This document shows, one piece after another, positions 29,286-39,000 of a stretch of DNA of 59,867 nt. The stretch lies in the IMG/VR virus record IMGVR_UViG_3300032116_000210, positions 1-59,867 of that record. One strand, 5' to 3'. A program made the translations under genes and the position numbers. The stretch comes from a virus (lineage: Duplodnaviria > Caudoviricetes). Each line of letters begins with the position of its first letter. The first letter of the stretch is position 1. Below the pieces are notes generated by a model. The model saw only the letters and a list, made by a program, of their open reading frames with translations, had not been told where the DNA came from and did no database searches.

Positions 29286-30293
29286 ATGGCTACAGCTAAT
29301 AACCCCTTCGATTTAAGTACCAACGACACCGGCAACCTGCTGGGCGCCGCCACCCAAGGCATTGCCGCGGCCGAGACCACGGGCTACAACGCCGCCATCG
29401 CTGGCTCACAAGGCTACAACGCCGCCTCCGCAAACGCGCAGGGCTACAACGCCAATCAGGCGGCTACCACCAACTGGAACGTCACCGCCCCGCAGACGGT
29501 GCAAAGCCAGGTGCAGGGGATCATCGCCTCGAATTCCCCGCTCATGCAGCAGGCGCAGACCGGCGCGCTGCAGCAGATGAACCAGCGCGGGCTGATGAAC
29601 TCGAGCATGGCGGTCGGTGCGGCACAGGATGCCGTCATTCGGCAGGCCCTTCCAATCGCCCAGCAGGACGCCCAGACGTACAGCCGTTCCGGCGAATTCA
29701 ACGCGAACGCCGCCAATCAGATGGCGCAGTTCAATACCGGGGCGGAAAACACAGCTCGGCAATTCGGTGCAAGCGCGTCGAACCAGGCGAGCCTGGCCAA
29801 CCAGGCTGCGCAAAACACCGCGGCGCAGTTCACCGCCGGCGCGTCGAACCAGGCTGCGCTATCCAATCAAGCCGCGCAGAACACCGCGGCGCAGTTCACC
29901 GCCGGTGCGGCCAACACGGCGTCGCAGCAGTACGCGCAGAGTTTGAATGCGACGGTCAACAAGATGATGGACCAGAGCATGCAGATTGCCCTGGCCAACG
30001 CCGACGCCAACACCAAGATCGAACTGCAGAACATCGACGCGCAGACCCGCAAAGACCTGGCCGCAACCGAAGCCGCGTACAAAAATCAGATGCAGGCCTC
30101 GGCCAGCGCCAACGAAATCTTCCAGCAAGTCTCGAAGAACATCGCTGACCTTATGGCTAACTCAGACCTGGAAGTCGATGCCAAGCAGGCTGCGGTTACC
30201 GCGCAGAAAAATTACCTGCAGAGCGCGCTCAATGTTCTTAGCACCACCTCTGGCATCCCTGGACTGAAGAACCTCATCACGTTCACCGGATGA
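29286..30293 (+). CDS. Putative ejection/internal virion protein with Gln/Ala/Asn repeats
   Basis: GYNAA x3 and 22-aa NQAAQNTAAQFTAGA repeats. MNQRGLMNSSMA motif. Confidence 0.75.
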   Translation: MATANNPFDLSTNDTGNLLGAATQGIAAAETTGYNAAIAGSQGYNAASANAQGYNANQAATTNWNVTAPQTVQSQVQGIIASNSPLMQQAQTGALQQMNQRGLMNSSMAVGAAQDAVIRQALPIAQQDAQTYSRSGEFNANAANQMAQFNTGAENTARQFGASASNQASLANQAAQNTAAQFTAGASNQAALSNQAAQNTAAQFTAGAANTASQQYAQSLNATVNKMMDQSMQIALANADANTKIELQNIDAQTRKDLAATEAAYKNQMQASASANEIFQQVSKNIADLMANSDLEVDAKQAAVTAQKNYLQSALNVLSTTSGIPGLKNLITFTG

Positions 30294-30688
30294 CCGACGA
30301 GGAGCTGATCGAGCCGATCGTCAAGGCGATCGAGCGGGAATCAGGCCTCGGGCGAGACACGATTCAGGCCTACCTGGCTGCCTGGGAAGCGGTCCCGGCG
30401 GTGGTGGGCGGCAAGCACGTAGCAACCGCAATCTTGCGTGGCACGGAAATCCACTTCGCGCTGGTCGATGGGTGGAGGCCGCAGTCTTGCCATCGCGGGG
30501 CGATCAAAGAGTTTCTGGCGCCGCTGCTCGATAGGCGTGGGTTTCTGACCACGCGGATCTTGCACGGCAAGCCGGAGCAGAAGACGTTTGTGAAACGCGT
30601 GGGTTTCAAGCCCACCTGGCAAGACGGCACCTTTGAGTACTACATGCTTGGCCGCCTGCCGTTTGAAAGGAAAAACGATGCTAGTTAA
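30290..30688 (+). CDS. Virion-assembly protein, degenerate GNAT-like
   Basis: EIHFA...FVKRVGF pattern, located among ejection genes like P22 gp14 or T7 gp13. Confidence 0.55.
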   Translation: MTDEELIEPIVKAIERESGLGRDTIQAYLAAWEAVPAVVGGKHVATAILRGTEIHFALVDGWRPQSCHRGAIKEFLAPLLDRRGFLTTRILHGKPEQKTFVKRVGFKPTWQDGTFEYYMLGRLPFERKNDAS

Positions 30689-31802
30689 AACCATGCCCCA
30701 GCCGTTGCCGGCCGGCTACCAGAAGACCTACCTGTCCGTGGCCATGAGCCGCGCCTACAGCATGGACAACCCCGTGGGCGACCCGTTCGGCGGTCCAGCG
30801 TATGGTGAAAAGAATGGCCCCGTGGCGGCCATCGCTTTGCCAATGTTGACTATGGCTGGCACCTACGCCGCGGCGGGTTCCTTCGCTGCCATGACGCTGA
30901 TGCAGGGCCTTACTTTTGCTGGCGCCGCACTGAGTCTTGCCGGCACGGTGAGCGGTAACAAGACTCTGTCCAAGATCGGCATGATCGCTGGCGTTGCTGG
31001 CGGCGTCGGCATGCTCGCTGAAAGCGTGATGGGCACTACCATTGGCGGCACGCTAGGAGAGACCTTTGGGGGCGCCGGGAGCGCCGGAAGTACCGCAAGC
31101 GGCGCCGGCCTTTCACAAACTCCTGGGTCGGGGGTGGGCAGCCAGACGCCCGTTGTCGAAGGTCAAATGGTCGACGCGGCCGCTGGCCCAACCGCAGATC
31201 TGACCAGCGCTTCGGCCTCCTACGCAGGCGGAAACATTAACGCTGGTCCTGGCAGTGCAGCGGCGGGAAGCATTAATGCTGGCCCGGGCAGTGTGGCTGC
31301 GCCGTTGAACGCCGGCCCGGGTGCACCGATTGATCAGTTTGGTACGGCTGCTGGTGCGCCCTTTGACGCTATGGGCAATCCGACTGCCGCGACCTCACAG
31401 ATCGCTTTGAATTCCAGTCCCGGCCCCGGCGCCACTGGTGTTGGCGCTGAAGCGGCAAGTAAAGGGTTTGGGTCCGAATTCATGCAGTTCGCCAACAAGA
31501 ACCCAATGATCACCATGATGGGCTTCCAGGCGGTTGGTGGTCTGTCTGACTATCTGTCCGGCAAGACCGACGCCGAGATCGACGCCTTGCAAGCACAGAT
31601 CGGTTACGCCGATGCTCGGGCGATGCAAATTCAGGAGCAGCTCGCGCTAGAGAAACAACGCCGCGCCAATCTCAATGCCGGGTATCAGCAAGTCAACACC
31701 GGCATCAACGTCAACCCCAACGCATCGATACAACTCCCCTGGACCCCGCCGCCGCAGCCCCAGCAGGGATTAATTGCCGGCAACATGCCGCCCAGAGGGT
31801 AA
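30678..31802 (+). CDS. Putative ejection protein (Gly/Ala rich, hydrophobic segments)
   Basis: ATG at 30678 with GAAAGGA RBS. Hydrophobic glycine-zipper region and INAGPGS repeats. Confidence 0.75.
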   Translation: MLVKTMPQPLPAGYQKTYLSVAMSRAYSMDNPVGDPFGGPAYGEKNGPVAAIALPMLTMAGTYAAAGSFAAMTLMQGLTFAGAALSLAGTVSGNKTLSKIGMIAGVAGGVGMLAESVMGTTIGGTLGETFGGAGSAGSTASGAGLSQTPGSGVGSQTPVVEGQMVDAAAGPTADLTSASASYAGGNINAGPGSAAAGSINAGPGSVAAPLNAGPGAPIDQFGTAAGAPFDAMGNPTAATSQIALNSSPGPGATGVGAEAASKGFGSEFMQFANKNPMITMMGFQAVGGLSDYLSGKTDAEIDALQAQIGYADARAMQIQEQLALEKQRRANLNAGYQQVNTGINVNPNASIQLPWTPPPQPQQGLIAGNMPPRG

Positions 31803-31812
31803 GGAGAAGAAC

Positions 31813-32313
31813 ATGGCAGAAGGAATTATTCAGGAAAACATGGGTCGCCCAGAAGGCGAAGAACTCACGTTTGAAAACGTCAAGGAAAAAATTCAGATTC
31901 CGCCAGAGCTGCAAGACGCTTACGACCGCGTGGTCGTTGCTGGCATGAAGGTGATGTTCTCCAAGGAATCGCACAAGTTCATGCTCAAAGAGATGCAAGG
32001 CCAGGGGCCGGTGGCCGAGCGCCTGGGCAAGGGCATCGCTGGGCTTATGTTGATTCTGTTCAAAGAGTCAAACGAAACGATCCCGCCAGAAGTGATTATC
32101 CCTGCCGGCATTGAACTGCTCATGCGGGCTGTTGATTTTGTTCGCCGCACCGATTTGGGCGAAGTCACAAACCAAGACATCGGGGATGGCATGGAAATTA
32201 TGGTGACCACCATCCTTGAAAACTTCGGCGTAAAACCGGACCAATTCCGGCAAATGGTTAGCCAGTTTGACAACACCAATGTAGACGCTGCTGCGCAGCA
32301 GATGGGAGCCTGA
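31813..32313 (+). CDS. Hypothetical internal virion protein
   Basis: ATG at 31813 with TAAGGAG RBS. Confidence 0.78.
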   Translation: MAEGIIQENMGRPEGEELTFENVKEKIQIPPELQDAYDRVVVAGMKVMFSKESHKFMLKEMQGQGPVAERLGKGIAGLMLILFKESNETIPPEVIIPAGIELLMRAVDFVRRTDLGEVTNQDIGDGMEIMVTTILENFGVKPDQFRQMVSQFDNTNVDAAAQQMGA

Positions 32314-32314
32314 C

Positions 32315-33073
32315 ATGAGCCTGGGCGGATTAATCGGCGCCGTGATGAAACCCGCGGCCGAGGCTGGTGCGAAGTACGCCGAAAAGCGCATGGACATCGA
32401 CATCAAAAAAGAACTGGCTGCCGCGGAATCAGAGATGCGTCTGCGTGAAGATGAGGTTAGACGCCAGCGCGACATCCGCGACATCCCCGTGAAAGGCGCC
32501 GCAGAGACCGGCGTTGCGGTTGACCGCACAACTGCGGTCGGGCAAGCCCAGACCGGCGTCGACGTGGCGCGCGAAGACGCGCTTCGGCCTGGCAAAGTCG
32601 CGACTACTAAATCCACAGCGCTGGCTACGGGTGAAGCTGAGCGGGAGAACCTGGCTGCGTACGGCCGTGACGCAGGCGCCCGCGCCGGCGCACGAGCAAA
32701 GGCCGGCGACAGCGAGTCACTTGCGTCAAAGATGCAGGCGCGCCTGGCCGGCCTGGGGATCGACGAGAAACAGAAGATCCAGGCGCTCATCACCGAGTAC
32801 GAGAACCCCAGCACCAGCCCAGAGCGCAAGGCTCAGATCAAAGACTCGCTCACCGTGCGCGGAATTATCAAGCCGGGCGAGTTCGACACCGAGAAGGTCA
32901 CGACCGAGACCACGGACGACGCGGGCAACGTCACGAAGACCGAGCGCACGCAGCGCCGGACTTCCTCCACCACACCACCGAAAGGAACAAGCGGACCGAA
33001 AGAAGGAGATGAAGGCACCTCGAAGAGCGGCAAGCCAATCGTCTATCGCAACGGCCGGTGGGAGTATCAATAA
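32315..33073 (+). CDS. Putative ejection protein with C-terminal GKPIVYRNGRW mini-domain
   Basis: Tightly coupled to both flanking genes. Helical charged body. Confidence 0.75.
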   Translation: MSLGGLIGAVMKPAAEAGAKYAEKRMDIDIKKELAAAESEMRLREDEVRRQRDIRDIPVKGAAETGVAVDRTTAVGQAQTGVDVAREDALRPGKVATTKSTALATGEAERENLAAYGRDAGARAGARAKAGDSESLASKMQARLAGLGIDEKQKIQALITEYENPSTSPERKAQIKDSLTVRGIIKPGEFDTEKVTTETTDDAGNVTKTERTQRRTSSTTPPKGTSGPKEGDEGTSKSGKPIVYRNGRWEYQ

Positions 33074-36000
33074 ATGGCGTTGGTTCCCGAAGACGATCTC
33101 CCAGAAGGACTCGCCCCACGCGGGCTTGCGGTACCAGACGACGATCTGCCAGGTGCCCCGACCAAAGAAAAGGGCTTCGTCTCCAACGTCGGCGATCTTC
33201 TGGTCGAGGGCGGCAAGAGCGCGATCGCTTCGGCCCAGGTCTCGCCCGCGGTCATCAGCGGCGAGGGCGTACAGGACAAGGCTGGCCTGATTGCGCAGCA
33301 GCTGGCTAAGCCCCAGACCGATCAGCCCAAAGAACTGCGGGAAGCCAAGGGCGCCTTCAAAGACGAGGGCGAAGCCTGGGAGAAATCCCAAGGATTCCTA
33401 GAAGGCGCTGGCGCTGTCGGCCAGATGCTCTTCGAAGTCGGCCGCCAGGCCGTCACAAACCCCAAGGGCGTGGCCTATATGCTCTCCGAGCAGGCAGCCA
33501 ACATGGCCCCCGCCATCGTCGGCATGATCGCCGGCGGCAAGACCGGCGCCATGGTCGGAAGCGTTGCCGGCCCCAAAGGCGCGGCAGTCGGCGGCGTAGC
33601 CGGTGCCGTTGGCGGAGCCTTTACCGGCCAGGCGCCCCTTGAGATCGGCTCTGAATTTATCGGCCTGGTCGGAAAAGAGCTTTCCGCTCGAGGCCTGGAG
33701 CCGACCGAAGCCAACGTCGCCGCTCTATTGCAAGACCCCGAATTCACACAAGGCGCGATCAACGACGCACGCGTTAAAGGCGCCACGACCGCTGGTATTG
33801 ACGCCGCTCTTACCGTTGCCTCTGGTGGTATCGCCACCGGCCCCCGGCGTGCAGCACTCAAGACGGCCACCGAAGAGCTCGGCGCAGGCGCCGATGCGGC
33901 GCAGATTGCCAAGCGCGCCGGCGAGATCCTGGACCAGCGCACGCTTGGGCAGAAGGCGACGACTGGCGCCACGGCCGTTGGCGTGGACGTGGCTGGTGGC
34001 GGTCTGTCAGAGGCCGGTGGCCAGCTGGCGGCGTACGGCCAGGTCGACCTGGCAGACGTCGGCTTGGAAATGCTCGGCGAGCTGGGCGGTGCGGCCATCG
34101 AAGTGCCGGCCGCAGGCTATTCCGTCACCCGTGACCAGATCTCACGCCAGCGCCAGGCGCAGGCGCAGCAGCTTTTACAGCAGGCACCCGACGCCGCCAC
34201 CGCAGCGGCCGCTGCCAACGAGCTGGCAGGATCAGTGGCTGATCTCGAGGCAGCTGTAAGCCAGTACTTAACACCTGGCGGTGCCATTCCCACGCCCGAG
34301 CAGGCAGCCGCCGCCCCCGCCGGTCCCCGCGAAGACCCGACCCGGGCAATGATCGACCGGCAGGCTGGGCTCATCGCTGAGGCCCAAGCCGCGGGTACGG
34401 AATTCGACCGGCAGATGGCCCTGGACCAGGCCCAGGCTGCGCTCCCACAGCCCCAGGAAGGGCGCTCTGCTGGGTACGTCGACCTCACCCCCATGAACGA
34501 CATGCAGGCGCAGCAGCGCCTGGCAATCCTGCGCGACGAGACCGCTCGGTCAGGTGGTAATGCGCTTGCATTGGCCATCGTTCCGCACCCGGCGCAAGAG
34601 GGCCGCTTTGCCATCGGCACGCAGGCCCTGCCCGATCTCAACCTCCCCACCACGACACCCACAGTCACACCCGATCAGGCCCAATTCCAGATCGAATCCG
34701 CTGCCTTGGGCGGACAGGTTAGCCAGGCTCGCGCTGAGGACAGCGCGACTCGCGGTCCGGTCATTGACCGTGCACTGAAGAACGTCGAAGAGCGGGGCGG
34801 GGTGGCTACGCCATCCGAGGCGCGGATCTTCCAAGAGGCCGGCATTGGCCAGCCCTACGACCGCGTCGATCCCGCCCTCGAGCCGGGTCCCGCGCCGCTC
34901 ATCGAGACCGCCGGTGCTGCGCGTGAATCGTTCACGCCCAACCAGCAGCTGGCAGATCAAGAGGTCCAGGCCGACCAGGCCGCCCGCCGCCAGGCTGACC
35001 TCGCCCAGCGTGAGCGCACGACCCAGGAGCAGATCACAGCTACCAGCCAGCCGCAGGCTGCACCCGACGCTGGCCAGGTGATCTCTGCCCTGGTCACACC
35101 TGGCACGCAGCGCTCGGCCGAGCAGGTGCGCCTGGTCAATCAGGCCCGCAGCCGCTACAGCCCCCAAGACTTCAGCATCCTCGAGCGCGCCGCCACGGCA
35201 CCGTTCCAGCTGGACACGCAAGAGCGGATGCGCTTGCGTGAGCTGCGCAACCCGCCGGCTGTGCCCGAAACGAGCACGATCGTGCCCGAAACAGGCACGG
35301 GCCTCATGGGCACCCGCGTGGCCGCGCGCCTGGGGCAGCCCAGCAATGGCCGCATTGTCACGACCAACGCCAAGTTCTCCACGCAGCGTATAGACGGCAA
35401 GATCACGATCAACGACAGCGGCACGCAGCACGAGGTCCGTGTCGTCGAGCCAGCCCGCATGGGCACCGAAGGTCGTCTGCTGCAGCAGCTCGCCAGGATC
35501 TTCAACAAGCGCCTGATCGCATTCGAATCTGACACGCTGCAGGTCGACGGCTTTGTGCGCGACGAGGACAACGGGGCGATCTATATCAACGCCAAGGCTT
35601 CTGTCTCGCCGCTGGCCGTGTTCGGCCACGAGCTCACGCATCAGCTCAAGCGCGACAACCCGCAGGCCTACGCTGCCCTGGAGGCCGTCGTTCAGCGCGA
35701 GCTGGGCGAGGGCGCCATGGCGCAGTTCGAGAAGGACTACGGCGAGGGCGCCAATCTGGAGGAAATAACGAGTGACCTAGTCGGCAACCGATTCCAGGAG
35801 ACCGACTTCTGGCAGTCGGTGTTTGACGAGATCGCTGCCCAGAATTCAGAGCAGGCCCGCAACATCGTCTACCGCCTGGCCGCTGCAATCACCCGTGCGG
35901 TCAACGCATTCATGAAGGTCGTACGTCAGCCTGGATTCCAGTCTGACCAGTACGTCAAGGACCTCAACGCCGTGAAGGTGGCGGTGCGCCAGGCCCTGAC

Positions 36001-39000
36001 CACCTACGCCCAGCAGCAACGCCCTGCCACCGAGCAGGCTGCAGAGACAACGGCAGAGCCGGCCCAGCCGGCGGCCCGGCCCAGCATGGCCGAGCGGCTG
36101 CGTGAGGCGGCTCGTGCTGCTCGCACAGAGATGGGCGAGACAGTCACGGCAAGTAAGGCACGCCGCGGTGGCGTGGTCGAGCAGGCCGGCGAATTCACGA
36201 TCCGCACCCAGAAAGACGGCACGCTGGGCGTCAACGGAGACCCCGAAGCGATCCGTGCTCTGCTGCCCGAGGGCATCGCTGGCCGCGTTGTACCAGGGGG
36301 CATGGTCTTTACCACCGCCGCCGCGCCGCGTGTGCGCGCTGCGCTCGAGGGCCGCAAGCTGGCCTACAGCCGGGCAGGGCAGGTGACCGAAAAGCTGCCC
36401 ATGAAGGACGGCAAGTACGTCGGCGCGCCGGAGAAGTTCAACACCCCGGGCAAGATCACGCAGCTGCGCAAGTGGCTCAACCGCCTGGCCCGCGAAGGCG
36501 AGGCCGGCCGCTACTGGTACGAGAACAGCAGCCGCGAGGTGCTGGCCATGGTCGGCGGCAACGTCACAGAGGCCCGCAAGTTCGTGGCCCTGCTGTCGAT
36601 TTACTCGCCCCAGGCGAAGGTCGACGCCAACTCCACGTTTGCCCTGCGCGCATGGGCGCAATACAAGGCCGGCCAGCCGATCAGCGTCAAGACTGGCGTG
36701 CAGGACCGCAAGGCCCAGGAGGCGCTCGACGACGTCGACGCATTCTGGTCCGGCGAGAAGACCGGAAACTTCTTCTTCAACCTGCTGCGTGAGATTGACC
36801 CCAGCACGGCTGGCAAGCAGGGCGCCACGATCGACATGTGGATGATGCGCGCCGGTCAGTACAGCAACGACGCGCCGACTGCCACGCAGTACGCGTTCAT
36901 GGAGAACGAAACCAACCGCCTGGCGCAGGAGCTGGGCTGGGAGCCGCAGCAGGTCCAGGCTGCGATCTGGGTAGCGATGAAGGCCCGCATGGAAAACGCG
37001 GGCGTGAAAAAGCGCACCGAGGCGAGCAGCGAAAAGAAGGGCTGGATTCGCTACGAGTACCCGCTCAAGAACGGAAAGCCCCGCAAGACGCGGGTGATTG
37101 TCGATGCGCAGAAGCACCGCGACAACTGGCTCAAGCACGCCTTCGAACACGACCCCACGAAGGACGACACGCAGCAGGCGAAGTTCGACTTCAGCGACGG
37201 CTTACGGCGCCACGTCGGCCAACTGTCCTGGGAGGCCCGCCCTGGCCGTTCGACCAACGTGCTGCCGGGGGTCAATGACGCCCCGTATGAACAGCAGGTC
37301 GAGTTCCAGCAGGCCGTGCAGAAGGCGCTGCTCGATGAGAACGGTATTGACCTGCTGGCCTACAAGCTGGGCATGCTCATCGACGGCCCGGACATCTTGG
37401 CGCCAGGTGTGTGGCAGGGCGAGATTGCCGCCGGCATGCAGAAACTTGTGGCGCTTGCGCCTGCCAAAGGTGATGAAGGCAAGACCAGCATCGACCCGGC
37501 GCAGAAGAAAGCCATTGAGACCTACGCCGCGATGCTGGGGCTGCTGCTGCGCCAGGAGGGGGTGGGTTACCACCGTCCTTTCTACAACTCGGCAAAGAGC
37601 GCCAACAACGGGGTGGACCTGGTTGTCGGTCGTACCCTGTCTCCGGCCGAGGCACAAAGCCTGTGGGCGGCCATCGACCAGCGCATGCGTGCTGAAGGGG
37701 TAGAGAACTGGGAGAACAGCGCCGGAATGATCTCGTCGCCCACCGGCATGCGAGTTGTAAATTTCGGTGCCGTAAGTGACAATATCGCTTTCAGAGAATT
37801 AGTAAGGGACGCTGCCGAAACGCTGGCGATTGATGAGGTAGAGCTGCAGAGCTTTGCGAGCGACGGCGACCTGGTATTTAACGACTGGAAGGAAAGCCCA
37901 AATGGCGAAGATTATCGATCGCGGATACGCGAAGCCTACGGACCCGATCTACTCGAATGGGCCGGAACTGTTCTCGCCCCGCGCGTTCAGGCCGTCTTCA
38001 ACGAGTTCAGCTCCCGATACGGCTGGGGAGACCCCGGCCGAGTCGACACCCTCTTCGACCAGCCAGCAGCAGAAGCCGGGCCAGCCCAAGAAGTAACCAG
38101 CACCGACCCCAGCGCCGGCGATCAGAACCTACAGTTCAGCCGGCGCCGCAAGCCTGCACCCAAGAAGACAGTCAAGGCCTACAAGCTCTTCCGCGTCGAC
38201 GCACGCAAACCTGGTCAGCTCTTCCCGCTCTTCGTCAACGCCAACGACCCGGTCGACATCGGTGTCTGGCTGGACGCTGACGAGGGCCCGCTGACCGAGA
38301 AGGGCAAAGTCAAATCGAAGATTGGCGAGCTCGCCTACCGTCCCGGTTGGCATGCTGGCGATGTGCCTATTGCAACGCACATTGGCGGCAAGTCCGACCC
38401 GTCTCTGACTGCGCCAGACGTCAGGCCCGAGAACCACGTCTGGGCTGAGGTCGAGATGGCCGCCGATCGCGACTGGCAGAAGGAAGCCAACAAGCGTGGC
38501 ACCAACGCCCAGGGCAAGCTGATCGCAGGCAAGGCCCACATCACGGACCAGATCCCGACCGACGGCTTCTACCGATACAAGACCAACCCCAACATGACCG
38601 GCAACTGGCTCATTGGTGGGTCAATGAAGGTCAACCGTATCCTGTCGGATACAGAGGTCGAGCGGATCAACGCCGACGCTGGCGTGGAAGACCTGCCGCG
38701 TGAGCAGCCGTTTGACGCGGAGAAGTATGGGTTTGGTAAGGCCAAGCTCAGCCGCCAGCGCACTGGCCCCTTCTACTCGCAGCTGGCCGAGGCCATCGAC
38801 CAGGTGCCCGAGCGCCTGGCCACGCAGCCGGCTGCTCAGTGGAAGGCCTGGCTTGCTAGCAATGCAAGCAAGCTCGGGGTCAAGAAGGATGAGCTCGAGT
38901 GGTCCGGTATCAACGACTACCTGGACCTGCGCGGCAAGGACAAGGTCTCTAAGGACGAGATCGGCGAGTACCTGGACGCCAACAACGTGCAGGTCAAAGA

